A DNA stretch of 63,550 bases, the filler included, from Licmophora abbreviata (taxonomy: Eukaryota), in NCBI GenBank assembly GCA_900291995.1. It is 17 parts of 17 records of this genome, joined end to end, with 100 filler letters (N's around TTAATTAATTAA, not from the genome) between each part and the next. Parts side by side here need not be neighbours in the genome. Positions count along the whole stretch, not along the records: positions 1 to 1,390 come from OLMU01005270.1; positions 1,491 to 9,008 come from OLMU01005271.1; positions 9,109 to 11,357 come from OLMU01005272.1; 14 more parts are not named here. One strand, written 5' to 3'. Below, in pieces: positions 1 to 10,256 of the stretch. Numbering within the stretch: position 1 is the first letter of the stretch; the number at the start of each line of letters is the position of its first letter. A model generated the notes under the pieces. It was not told where the DNA came from, searched no databases, and was given only the letters and a program-made list of their open reading frames with translations. A program made the position numbers and the translations under genes.

Positions 1-68
1 TCTCCCCCTTGTTGCAACTTCTTGCTCGCACGGCAGTGTGCTGGCACAGAGCACCTCGGCAACGCATC

Positions 69-1366
69 ATGGCGTCTTCTACTAGTGCTTCTACTGGAGG
101 CTTGGTGACGAACCAGCACACTGGATTTTTGGCGCCTCCTGTCTTTCTCCGAAGCCGTCGCATTCGGCGAGAGGACATGCTTGCGATCGGCACTACTCGT
201 CGGTTTGAACAAATGATCACAGACAGCAGCAGCGACGAGGCACCTGTCGTTGACGAGCTCAAAAGTCTTCGATATGCTCTGGTGAGAGTACGACGGGGAA
301 CTATGAAGTAGGAAGGGGATTGCTTGCAGTCTCCCCCGGTGAAAACTTTCTCACGCCATGGATTCCTCTTTTTTTTCGCAATCACTCGAACGGTATCCAG
401 AATCTCCCTCTTACAACCCAGCTGACTCCTTCTACTCGTTGTCCCCTCGTGGTGGGCCATCGCGGTTCTCTGTATGACGAACTCGAGAATACTCGAGAGG
501 GATTCAGCCGCTGCGCTGAACTGGGCGCAGATGCTGTGGAATTGGACGTCTTCCTGTTGAAATGCGGGACACTTGCGGTCTTTCACGGTGGAGGAACGGA
601 CGAGCATCCAGGATTGCTGCAAGACTACTGCAGCGTCAGTGGGAGTATATTAGACTATACGTACGAACAAGCAGTGTCGGAATTGACGTTCAATCCTCTG
701 TACTCCGAGTTTCCGTGCGATGCTGAAACCATTGAGCGTGGAAGGATTCCGACGCTCCGTGAGGTGTTGTTGGATGCCAAACGCTCTGGAATCATCATCA
801 AAATTGAACTCAAGGGGCCCAACACAGCTGTTCCAACCTTGAATCTCGTGGAATCGTTGGATATGGTCAATCAATGTCAATACAGTTCGTTTGATCTGGA
901 GCAGATCCGAACGATGCGACAGCTGAGACCGCAAAGGGATGCAATGACGGGACATCACATTTACAAGACGGGAGCTTTGTTCAACAACATAGGCGACGAC
1001 CAAACACAATTCATTCAACAGGCTCTGAGCGTCGGCGCCAGTGAAGTTCATTTGCGCTATGACGAGTGTACTGTCGGTCGTGTATGTGCCATTCATGCTG
1101 CCAAGCTGTCAAGCATGGCTTGGTTTCGAGGCCCTATTGGTATGAACGTTGATTCGACTACCAAGTATTGGGATGTCGGGAATGAAACACCGGATATGTA
1201 CGAATGCGTCATGAGGACGGGAGTGGAACAGCTCTGTGTCAATCGACCGGACGTGCTGGTTAGCCTTTTGAAATCGCAACAGGAAGAAGAGAAAAATACT
1301 TGTTCTAAGGACGACCCGAGCGCCATCGTTTCGGAAGAGGAGGAGGACGAGGTGAGCGAGTGTTGA
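69..1366 (+). CDS. Glycerophosphodiester phosphodiesterase (GDPD) family protein; 2 exons (69-281, 401-1366)
   Basis: Motifs VGHRG..ENT..GF, VELDV, FHG, IPTL.EVL and IELK. A GTGAGA...CCAG intron at 282-400 joins ORF 9..311 in frame to ORF 320..1366. Confidence 0.9.
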
Positions 1367-1390
1367 CTCTCGTTGGGGCGTAGTCAAATC

Positions 1391-1490
1391 NNNNNNNNNN
1401 NNNNNNNNNNNNNNNNNNNNNNNNNNNNNNNNNNTTAATTAATTAANNNNNNNNNNNNNNNNNNNNNNNNNNNNNNNNNNNNNNNNNNNN
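1391..1490. other. Artificial scaffold linker (44 N + TTAATTAATTAA + 44 N), first of 16 copies
   Basis: Identical 100-nt linker also at 9009, 11358, 13479, 14833, 21079, 24351, 25918, 27635, 32188, 44003, 49183, 50872, 52997, 54554 and 61393. The core carries TAA stops on both strands. Confidence 0.98.
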
Positions 1491-1628
1491 TTGAGTCACA
1501 GGTATGATTCACGACACCAAAAAAATAAAAAGATTTTTGATCGCGATACCATCAGGTTACGGACGACGATGATGGGTGCAGTCCCAAATTGACCACATTT
1601 CTCATCACAGCGTGCTACAGAAAGGAGC

Positions 1629-3134
1629 ATGCAACGGAATACATCTTTTTTCTGGGCGAGTGATGAAGTGAGAGAGAAAGAAGAAGAACACGGCGGCGAA
1701 GAAGGTGATGTGGGTTTCTTTTTCGACGATGATGCCGGTCAGGCAGCGCAGGCCGTAGCCGAATCCATACTGCCGCTCGATGACATGCAGTCGCAAAACA
1801 TAGAGATGGACGAAGAATCTCAACCGCTCGTTTCGGCAACCACAAACCCGCCGACGAGCAATGGTGCCTTTTACAACAACTATGGAAGTGAAAAGCAACC
1901 GTCACCACACCATCGCCGCGGTTCCTCGTGGGCCAACAATGGCACCCCAAGAGAGCAAAACGTAACACCTCAGTCGTACATGCGAAAGCAAGCATCCTCT
2001 TCAACAGGCCTTCGCTTTCAGGTCGTCATTTGGTATATTGGAGGCTGCGACGTTTGTCAGGGACACGTCACGATGCGATTTCGAATTACATTGTTTTGGA
2101 ATGACATACAACGACAACGAACTCGTAGCAAGAGTATGGGAGACGAGAGCACTGGGAGCAACCGAAAACGTCGTTCGGAATGGATCATGAAGGGCCGACA
2201 ACGAGCATGTCGTATCGACCTGTTGGTCAGCGACGAAACTGTCATGGAGAGTGTCGATGTTCCGCCTGTCTCCATTCTAAATGCAGTCTCGTTTGAGACT
2301 CGAGGAGAGCCAGAAGTTACAATGCTAAAAAGTGAATCGCGATTGATGCGATGGACATGCATGTACTCTGCAGTCTTGTTTCAGGGCGATCACATGCGGG
2401 TCGACCAGTTCCCCCACGACAAGCACGATCTCAAACTCAAGATTGGCATACTGGCTCATCGAAACCACGGTAAGCGATGGGATCATACTGTCCACCAGCT
2501 CAATCTAGCAACCGAAGAAGATAGTCAGGGATCGAAAAAGGTGCCGTACGGCCTGGTGGTCGATCATGTCACGATTCCAGACTTTACATATGACCCTTCG
2601 GAACTCTCCTTTCGTTTTGTTCCTCTCAACTACGGCAGCAGCAGTACGACCGACCACCAGCCAACACCACATCAGCATGCTGCAAGCAGCGATTACTTCC
2701 TTCAAGTAGAGTTGCCCGTCTATCGACTATCTGGTCACTACGATCGGAGTATCATGCCAATTCTGGCGTTGCTCAACATTGTGGCCATCACGTGCCTACC
2801 ACGAAACTTTGATTCTGCCACAGCCAGCACGGAAACGATGCTATCGATCGCGTTCGTGCAAGTCGGTATACGATTGACCATTGACTCACGACTGCCCCAT
2901 GTGGGATATCAAATCAAAATGCAACGCGTATTGAATCAATGCTTTTGGTTGCTATGCGCTTTGGTTCTGGAATCCAACGTGAGTTTCTTTCTAGTGACCA
3001 AGCGAGGGTGGACGATACGAACGATCGATCAGATTGATTGTGTCATGGCTGTACTTGCATTCTTGTATACCATTTACATTCTGGTGCTGTATTACGGGGG
3101 CATCGTATCGCAACATCATTCCAAGGAAAAGTAG
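1629..3134 (+). CDS. Cys-less (Pro-loop) pentameric ligand-gated ion channel-like protein
   Basis: FQVVIWYIG..D....VTMRFRITLFWND (beta1-beta2), P.VSILN, FPHDKHDL (Pro-loop), pre-M1 R..GHY...IMP, M2-M3 loop LPHVGY, and four C-terminal hydrophobic helices. Confidence 0.8.
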   Translation: MQRNTSFFWASDEVREKEEEHGGEEGDVGFFFDDDAGQAAQAVAESILPLDDMQSQNIEMDEESQPLVSATTNPPTSNGAFYNNYGSEKQPSPHHRRGSSWANNGTPREQNVTPQSYMRKQASSSTGLRFQVVIWYIGGCDVCQGHVTMRFRITLFWNDIQRQRTRSKSMGDESTGSNRKRRSEWIMKGRQRACRIDLLVSDETVMESVDVPPVSILNAVSFETRGEPEVTMLKSESRLMRWTCMYSAVLFQGDHMRVDQFPHDKHDLKLKIGILAHRNHGKRWDHTVHQLNLATEEDSQGSKKVPYGLVVDHVTIPDFTYDPSELSFRFVPLNYGSSSTTDHQPTPHQHAASSDYFLQVELPVYRLSGHYDRSIMPILALLNIVAITCLPRNFDSATASTETMLSIAFVQVGIRLTIDSRLPHVGYQIKMQRVLNQCFWLLCALVLESNVSFFLVTKRGWTIRTIDQIDCVMAVLAFLYTIYILVLYYGGIVSQHHSKEK

Positions 3135-3138
3135 ACTG

Positions 3139-3828
3139 TCAGTACTTTGGAAATCCGCCCGACATTCCACTCAAGCTACTAGCACCACTCGTATCCACTC
3201 CGACCATATTGGAAGTTCCCGTGAAGCTCTGTTTGAATCCAGGAATACTATTTCCCACTACATCTTGACTTCTTCCATAGACACTGGGCATGGCCAGCGC
3301 ATCCCCGCACTTGTTCTCCATCATGGGCGAGACGGACGACGGTTGACCATTTGGACAAAAGACACGGGAGCCTTCGGTATTCTGAGGAACGATCTCTCTG
3401 AGCTGACTCCGAAGCTGCTTGGCCGACTTGTAGTCGACTTGATTATTGGACGTGCGTTCTTGCCAGTCCTTTTCGCGATTCGTGTAGGCAGAGTACGTGG
3501 CGCGAGCGGGTTGCGGTGACGCTGCTGTTGTTGCTATCAGGAGGAGCGCGGATGCAGCGGTCGATTGGGTAAACAGGCTGCGGCGAGACAGTAATGAGGA
3601 GGAGGAAGAGTCGTGTGTACTGTCGTCATTGGGAGTGGCCAAGAGAGACGTCTGTTTCGACTCCAAAACACTGGTAGCAGTACCAAAACTACTACTACTA
3701 CGAGTACTAGTTGTAGCAGTTCGAACCGAGTTTGTGTTCGAAAAGACAAAGGCTTGCGTCGTTCTCGAGCCAGAAAGAAGCGACAGACAGCAGACCAGAA
3801 GCGCGTTCGTCGAGAGGAGTTTCGGCAT
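3139..3828 (-). CDS. Plastid-targeted, probably thylakoid-lumen protein of unknown function (229 aa)
   Basis: ATG at 3828 gives signal peptide MPKLLSTNALLVCC...TQA-F, a Ser/Thr-rich transit peptide, then a twin-arginine SRRSLF motif, a hydrophobic stretch and an A-R-A cleavage site. Confidence 0.75.
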   Translation of the reverse strand: MPKLLSTNALLVCCLSLLSGSRTTQAFVFSNTNSVRTATTSTRSSSSFGTATSVLESKQTSLLATPNDDSTHDSSSSSLLSRRSLFTQSTAASALLLIATTAASPQPARATYSAYTNREKDWQERTSNNQVDYKSAKQLRSQLREIVPQNTEGSRVFCPNGQPSSVSPMMENKCGDALAMPSVYGRSQDVVGNSIPGFKQSFTGTSNMVGVDTSGASSLSGMSGGFPKY

Positions 3829-4290
3829 GGTAAGGGGATGACGCCGAGACGGTCGGAATGGACAAAAGAAGACAACAAAGTGAGAATGCTTTCTCGTTGT
3901 CGTCACTAGAGTTGAACCTGTTTTTTTGCCAGAAAGAAAAAGAAAACGAAAGGCGATGTGGCGGTAGACTGCCGTACCGTGAACTAAACTTGTACCGTGA
4001 GTTTGCGTAGAATATGTGTAGATTGGACAATTAGACACCACGTAGGCTGCAGCACGTGCTGAACGGGTGAGAGACAGACGAAGGGTCTGGGAGCCGTACA
4101 ATGGACATCCGGACGGACGAATTGTTGTGAATTGTGAATTGTGAACTGTGGCTCGTCTCAATTCTGAACTGTCTCATGTTTTCTGTCGAGGAGAGCAGAA
4201 TGTGTTTCTGTCGAGCTTTCGTCGTCTCTGAATCAATCCAATCTCACAATAGCACACACGGTTAACTTCATGAATTGATGAAACGAGAGA

Positions 4291-7200
4291 ATGAATTTCC
4301 ATCCTACTCGACTCAGAAAGCGGAGACGGCCCCCATTGTCTCACGACGAGGTTGCCATGTTCGTCTCACCTTACCATCCGCGGTACCGTGAATTCTCGAC
4401 CTCGACCATCGTCACTGCGGGAACCGGGAGTCACGCTACTGCTTGTACTTTGTGCACCAAGCCCCGGGGTTTCTATCTTCCATCACCAGAGACTCGAACA
4501 AGAAGAAGGAGGAGGAAGAAGAATATGTTCGCAAATACCTCTAAGACCTCACGTGCATGGCTCATAACTATGCTGACGAAGACAGTTTCATTTCTTCTTT
4601 TGACGACCACTGTTGTCAACTCCTTGGTTCCGCGAATACGAAAAAGTTCTGGCGTGCGTGGCTCCTTTGCTCCGCCATCATTCTTTGTACATACAACACG
4701 ATTGGAGGAAGCCGCCAGCGGAAGTAGAAAAAGAAGAACGCGACGACTCGAGATGCAGAGTTTGCAAAAAGGAGGCGGCAGCGACGACTCCAATCTTGAA
4801 TACGGACGCGACAGTAGTGGTGCCATTCCTCACGATCAAGATGACGGAACGTCATCCAACGCCATCAAACTCGATCTGAACTTGGTCCTCATCGATCACT
4901 ACGATTCCTACACGTACAATCTGTATGACATGTTGGCGCGACTCTGTGTCAATCCACCGACGGTGCTCGCCAAAGATGCCGACTGGAATGAATTCCTACA
5001 ATCCAATCGCGATACTAATAATAATACGACCAAGAAATTGGACGGTATCATCCTCTCACCGGGGCCTGGAACTCCAACTTGTGACTCTGATATGGGCATG
5101 TCGCTCCAGCTACTGAGAAACTACTCGACGATACCGATACTTGGAGTGTGTTTGGGACACCAAGCCATGGGACATGTCTATTGTGGGAATCATACTATTC
5201 AGTTGGCCCCTTGTGGACCAGTCCATGGACAAGTGCGACAAGTGGAGATTGATCCAGAGCGACCGGCAAGTGTACATGGTGACTTGTGGAAGAACGTCTC
5301 GAATCCGTTGAACGTGGTACGGTATCATTCTCTGGTGGTAGCATTGCCCGAGAACGACAATCCATCCTGTCTGATTCCGACGGCGTGGTCCTACGACGAT
5401 AGCGACAGTGCAGAGACAATTCCAGTGCTCATGGGGCTACAGCATGCTACCTACCCACACTACGGAGTACAGTTTCACCCGGAAAGCATTGGAACGCATG
5501 ATGGATTGCAGCTGTTGAGGAATTTTTGTGAAATTTGCGACACTTACAAGCAGCAGCATGCGGGAGGAGCCGACGATGTGGGCTGGAGCGGGGCGACAAT
5601 GCATATTGAAAGGGCCACGAGAATCACAGCGAAGCAAGGCGCGACTTCCGCAGCGATCCGCCGCGAGGTGATGATTCAAAAGGTGAAGCACCTTCCATCC
5701 GTCGACGCTCCGATGCCTGAACACGTGTTTTCAGCACTGTTTGAGTCGTCGTCACATGCGGTATGGCTGGACAGTAGCAATGCCGACAATAGCAGGATAG
5801 ATATGGCACGCTGCTCCATCATGGCAGCCATGGATGACGGGCCTCTCAGTCGACTGGTTGAGTACTATGGGCGAGAGTACCCAGCATCCCAACGCAAGCT
5901 CCGAATCGTCGACAGCAAGGGTCACGCGGAAGTTCGACGAGACCTGGATGTACTCTCATACTTGCGAGAAGAGCTGGCAGTGGAAACAGCAGTTTCAATC
6001 GTACGCGAAGAGGATGGCACTCACATCGTGGTAGTGGACGATGACGAAGAAGATTGTATCCCATTTGAATATCGCGGTGGCTTTCTTGGCTTTCTGGGTT
6101 ACGAAGTGCACCACGACACTCTCTTGCAGCTGGAACGCGAAGAATATGGCCACTTACATGAAGGGATGGAGGACGCTTGGGTATCGGATCTTGCTGATTT
6201 AAGAGTTCCGACTGCCGCTTTTCTTTTCGCTGACCGAAGTCTCGTCTTTGATCACTGGGAGAAGGAGTGGTACCTTGTTGGCGTGGCAGAGCCTGACAAC
6301 GTAGATGCGACTCTCACATGGATGAAGAGTACATGCACAGTCCTGCAGTGCATGTCGCACGACTACGAAGCGTCCCTTAGCCAAGCAATGGACCATGGTT
6401 CTCTAAAGACTCGGCCACTGGCCTTTGTTGCCAATCGCTCAAGAAAGACGTATGAATCAAATATTGCGATCTGTCATGATCAGATACGGTTGGGAGAAAG
6501 CTACGAGCTCTGTCTGACCAATCAGTTGGAGACGCGTGTTCCGGCAGGTAACAGATCGCCACTAGACTTGTACAAAATACTGCGCCGTCGGAACCCAGCA
6601 CCATTTGCGGCGTACCTCAACTTTCAGGGACAATCTGACGGAATTACTGCTGGTGGTGAAGCGTCTATGTCCATCTGTTGCTCATCTCCAGAGCGATTTG
6701 TATCCACCAAACATCGGTATCCAGAGATGCAATTGCAGCGCTCAGATCCCGACCGATTGTATGTGGAGGCGAAACCTATCAAGGGCACATGCGCGCGACC
6801 GGTTGTTGCAAACGATCGGACATTTACTGCCGAACAGCGAGCCGAGGATCGTCGACGTGCCAAGGAGCTTGCAAGCAGCGTCAAGAACCGCGCCGAGAAC
6901 CTCATGATTGTGGATCTGCTACGCAATGACTTGAGTCGAGTGTGTGAGATTGGATCCGTGCACGTCCCAAAGCTCATGCAGATAGAGTCGTATGCCACGG
7001 TTCATCAAATGGTGTCGACGATTCGAGGCATGCTCGACAAGCGTACCAAGAGCGCCATTGACGTTTTGACGGCTTGTTTTCCTGGTGGTAGCATGACGGG
7101 AGCGCCCAAACTACGGACGATGGACATCTTGCATGGTATTGAAGAGTCAGTGCCTCGTGGTCCATATTCAGGTTGCCTTGGATATATTAGTCTGAATGGC

Positions 7201-7482
7201 AGCATGGATATGAACATCGTGATTCGCACGGCAATCTTGACGAAACATGAGGAGGACGAAGTGTATCAAGTCAGAATCGGAGCAGGAGGTGCCATTACAG
7301 CCTTAAGTGAGAGCGAAGACGAATACGAGGAGATGCTCCTCAAGGCGCGTGCGGTCATGGAAGCCGTGCAGTCTTGGTCAGCCTCGGCGCGATGGCGGAC
7401 AGCAGTTGTGTCGGACAACGACAAGCTGGACTTCGTGGCGACTGTTGAAGAGAAGAACTGGACAACCGCTATTGCAGACTAG
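4291..7482 (+). CDS. pabAB: Aminodeoxychorismate synthase (fused PabA glutamine amidotransferase + PabB); true start probably near 4525-4570
   Basis: LIDHYDSYTYNL, ILSPGPG, ILGVCLGHQ, VRYHSL, GVQFHPES; then GESYELCLT, SSPERF, KPIKGT, KNRAENLMIVDLLRNDL, FPGGSMTGAPK. Confidence 0.95.
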   Translation: MNFHPTRLRKRRRPPLSHDEVAMFVSPYHPRYREFSTSTIVTAGTGSHATACTLCTKPRGFYLPSPETRTRRRRRKKNMFANTSKTSRAWLITMLTKTVSFLLLTTTVVNSLVPRIRKSSGVRGSFAPPSFFVHTTRLEEAASGSRKRRTRRLEMQSLQKGGGSDDSNLEYGRDSSGAIPHDQDDGTSSNAIKLDLNLVLIDHYDSYTYNLYDMLARLCVNPPTVLAKDADWNEFLQSNRDTNNNTTKKLDGIILSPGPGTPTCDSDMGMSLQLLRNYSTIPILGVCLGHQAMGHVYCGNHTIQLAPCGPVHGQVRQVEIDPERPASVHGDLWKNVSNPLNVVRYHSLVVALPENDNPSCLIPTAWSYDDSDSAETIPVLMGLQHATYPHYGVQFHPESIGTHDGLQLLRNFCEICDTYKQQHAGGADDVGWSGATMHIERATRITAKQGATSAAIRREVMIQKVKHLPSVDAPMPEHVFSALFESSSHAVWLDSSNADNSRIDMARCSIMAAMDDGPLSRLVEYYGREYPASQRKLRIVDSKGHAEVRRDLDVLSYLREELAVETAVSIVREEDGTHIVVVDDDEEDCIPFEYRGGFLGFLGYEVHHDTLLQLEREEYGHLHEGMEDAWVSDLADLRVPTAAFLFADRSLVFDHWEKEWYLVGVAEPDNVDATLTWMKSTCTVLQCMSHDYEASLSQAMDHGSLKTRPLAFVANRSRKTYESNIAICHDQIRLGESYELCLTNQLETRVPAGNRSPLDLYKILRRRNPAPFAAYLNFQGQSDGITAGGEASMSICCSSPERFVSTKHRYPEMQLQRSDPDRLYVEAKPIKGTCARPVVANDRTFTAEQRAEDRRRAKELASSVKNRAENLMIVDLLRNDLSRVCEIGSVHVPKLMQIESYATVHQMVSTIRGMLDKRTKSAIDVLTACFPGGSMTGAPKLRTMDILHGIEESVPRGPYSGCLGYISLNGSMDMNIVIRTAILTKHEEDEVYQVRIGAGGAITALSESEDEYEEMLLKARAVMEAVQSWSASARWRTAVVSDNDKLDFVATVEEKNWTTAIAD

Positions 7483-7527
7483 CTAGTTACCGTGCTCGAT
7501 TGTAACTCGTCGCTGACATTCTACTCT

Positions 7528-7546
7528 GTGTGTGTGTGTGTGTGTG
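7528..7546. repeat. (GT)n microsatellite
   Basis: About 9-10 GT units just downstream of the ADC synthase stop codon. Confidence 0.85.
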
Positions 7547-7774
7547 TCTGCTGTACATACCAGGTACGTCGTATTGATAGCACTGTGCCAGATTTCGAAA
7601 ACGTGGGCTTGAATTTCAATAGGCCCAAAGTACAGAAAAAGGTCATAGATATCTATGACTTCCCTATTTATTTATGGGCATTATTTATGGCACTCGGCCC
7701 AAGGCATTGCCTTGGTCGTGGTTTTCGTCACAAAGCTCTTCTCCTCGTCACTTTTATCCCCCACGATGTGCAAC

Positions 7775-8842
7775 ATGAAGCTCCGTTCTCCGCTTCTCCT
7801 CGTTGCTATTCTCCTCACCAGTAGGATTGGAGGAGCTCATGGGAGTGGTAGCCTCGTTCGAGGAGTCGCCGACAATGAAGACGAAGATGTACGCCAGCTC
7901 CAACGAGTCAGTCGAACGAGTGGCACGACGACGACCAGAACACAAGCTCAGCCGGAGATAGATCCTAGTCCTGCAGAAGTACGAACAGAGAGGAGCGATA
8001 CAAGTTCCGGGACTAGTCGAACGGGACGCACTGGTACATCTTCTGGAACCACTGGTACTACTCCTCTCCGAACTGGTCGGAGCAGTACCACGCCGGGAAC
8101 CACACGGACGAGCAGAGGTGGTACGCCAGGAACCATCCGAACCCGCGATCGAACAAGCCGTGGTAGAGGTGGTACTACTCGAGGAAGAGACAGGACGAGC
8201 CGCGGAAGAGGAATTCCGGGCTCTCCCGAACCAGCTCGTACCGGTCGAACCAATCAGACGCCGCGTGGACCTCGCACTGACGATAGAGTGAATCCCAAAA
8301 TGGTGGCCGATGCTGCGGACTGTGCCGTCCAGGAACATTTCTTTGGCATCCGCATGTTTATCAGCAACCTTATTAGGAACGAAGAATGCATGGGAGAGAT
8401 CGACCAGGGCTCCTTTGAAGTCGAAGTTGAGCGCGCGTTGAAAGAGGCAGAGGACTTTATGGGTGACGGTGCCACCCACATTACTCCCCTAGAAATGAGC
8501 TCGGGGCTATGTAGCAAACAGGTAGTTGGAGGAATTTGGGAAGGCGTTGGCGGTGCCACCGTCAAGTTTGGCTGCAAGCCCGACTTTGAATACGCCAACG
8601 ACAAGCAACGCATGCTGATGCAAGACGCGCAAGAACTTCTTGATGCTGCGGGAGATCCGACCTTTGGCCACCTCTTGGTTGTTCACAAGTCCTTGTTGAC
8701 CAACGTCCTCAAGACCAACTTGCTCGAGCAATTCTCCGGAATTTGCTTTCGCGAGCACACGATTCCCGAACTCTCGATTGAGATATCTCCACACCCGACT
8801 ACGCTGGAAGCACAGAACTTCGTTGCGGGGTGTACTGTCTAG
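7775..8842 (+). CDS. Secreted protein with RxL pro-peptide, Arg/Thr/Gly-rich low-complexity region and Cys-containing C-terminal domain
   Basis: MKLRSPLLLVAILL signal peptide; VRG...EDEDVRQLQ pro-segment; GTSRTGRT/RDRTSRGRG repeats. Confidence 0.7.
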   Translation: MKLRSPLLLVAILLTSRIGGAHGSGSLVRGVADNEDEDVRQLQRVSRTSGTTTTRTQAQPEIDPSPAEVRTERSDTSSGTSRTGRTGTSSGTTGTTPLRTGRSSTTPGTTRTSRGGTPGTIRTRDRTSRGRGGTTRGRDRTSRGRGIPGSPEPARTGRTNQTPRGPRTDDRVNPKMVADAADCAVQEHFFGIRMFISNLIRNEECMGEIDQGSFEVEVERALKEAEDFMGDGATHITPLEMSSGLCSKQVVGGIWEGVGGATVKFGCKPDFEYANDKQRMLMQDAQELLDAAGDPTFGHLLVVHKSLLTNVLKTNLLEQFSGICFREHTIPELSIEISPHPTTLEAQNFVAGCTV

Positions 8843-9345
8843 ACGACAGTGATAAAAGAATCATAACGGGTTGTATGCTGTATTCTGAGTATTATTGATG
8901 ATATTCTAGAGTTACGATACCTGGCGCCGCTGCCAGGAGCTCGCTTCATAAATGTTCACTTCCATTCGTAGTTTGCTGCACGTACGACTCGCTCTTATCC
9001 CTTTAGTGNNNNNNNNNNNNNNNNNNNNNNNNNNNNNNNNNNNNNNNNNNNNTTAATTAATTAANNNNNNNNNNNNNNNNNNNNNNNNNNNNNNNNNNNN
9101 NNNNNNNNGACACATACAGTATCGTGGCAGTACGATAGACGAAGATATGGTGGCGATGATAGCTCCCCCCATGACCGAGTTAGGACTCTCAAATAAATTG
9201 CTTTTGAGTCCCGGATTCAAGATGACTAGGGAATCATGAGTCCGCGCAGGGATCGCGCGATTGGTTCAAACCTCTCCCCGCCGCACATTCGTTTCGTTCA
9301 TCACATTTGTCGACACGGAACGAAGTGCAAGAAGAAAAATCAACC

Positions 9346-9931
9346 ATGGTGCGTCGTCAGCAGCGCTTCGAGTAAACCTTTTACAGGCAGAGTCATGGAA
9401 GAATGTATAGTAAAGTGGGGGCGAGAGGAAAAGGCGAATAGAAGCTGCGTCCGGAGCAAGAGCGACGCGTCTGAATCAGTACCACGGACAGACCCATCAA
9501 CGGCGCTGTCGTGTCGTTTTGGGGGATCTAAGGCGACATCGACATGTCATTTGTGTGTCTACTGTCCTGATGGATGACGGAGGCAGTTTCTTTATTGTTT
9601 CATTCGTCGTGTCATCCTTCTAAAGGGCCGCTTCCCTCATTTCCGATCATTTCACTTGCTCCCCGTATAATCCTACGCATCAAGTACTAACCGCTTACCT
9701 CTTACTGAACTACTATAGGATCAACCAGTCAAGCTTGCCAAGGTCAATCGCGTCTTGGGACGTACCGGTAACACGGGAAATGTGACACAAGTCCGAGTCG
9801 AATTTATGGATGCTGAAGGTGGTGGAGCTGGAACCGGACGAAGCATTGTGAGGAATGTCAAGGGACCGGTCCGTGAGGGTGATATTTTGTGTTTGCTCGA
9901 GTGGGAGCGAGAAGCTCGTCGATTGAGGTAA
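9346..9931 (+). CDS. RPS28: 40S ribosomal protein S28 (eS28); exon 1 is the ATG only (9346-9348), intron 9349-9718, exon 2 9719-9931
   Basis: Exon 2 translates [30 protein letters not shown]...[30 protein letters not shown]. Donor GTGCGT, branch site TACTAAC at 9685-9691, acceptor TAG. Not in the ORF track. Confidence 0.95.
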
Positions 9932-10256
9932 ACACGGCATTCGGTGAAGAAGCATGCTACTGGAAAATGCTGCTGCTACGTGTGACGAAGAATACGGATA
10001 GCTTGCCGTGGTAGTATCCCTTGATGATGCCTTGTTGCTCCACTAGTACAGTAGTCGTCATGTCATTCTCGCTTCGATTTGTAACTCTTTTGAAAATTCG
10101 AGCTCGAGACCTTACACATTATGTCGCCAACGACACGAACCAAGAGTCTAAGTGGCAATCAAATCACTTTGCGTTTACCAGCGTTGCCTTGAATTGCCAC
10201 AAGAGCCTTATCAATCTCCCTCGCCATTGTCCTGTAGCGACCCGCGCACTACGCTG

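Noticed and set aside
1391..1490. Recurrent palindromic TTAATTAATTAA as a biological repeat or insertion site
   Set aside because: Always centred in an exact 100-nt N block, so it is an assembly linker.
4291..7482. PabA-PabB fusion as a novelty
   Set aside because: Fused ADC synthase is the normal eukaryotic form.
7754..8479. Long antisense or alternative-frame ORFs (also 12184..12894, 25199..25969, 31350..31961)
   Set aside because: They overlap better-supported genes, lack motifs, and are expected in low-complexity or stop-poor coding DNA.
9713..9955. 80-aa minus-strand ORF
   Set aside because: Antisense to RPS28 exon 2.
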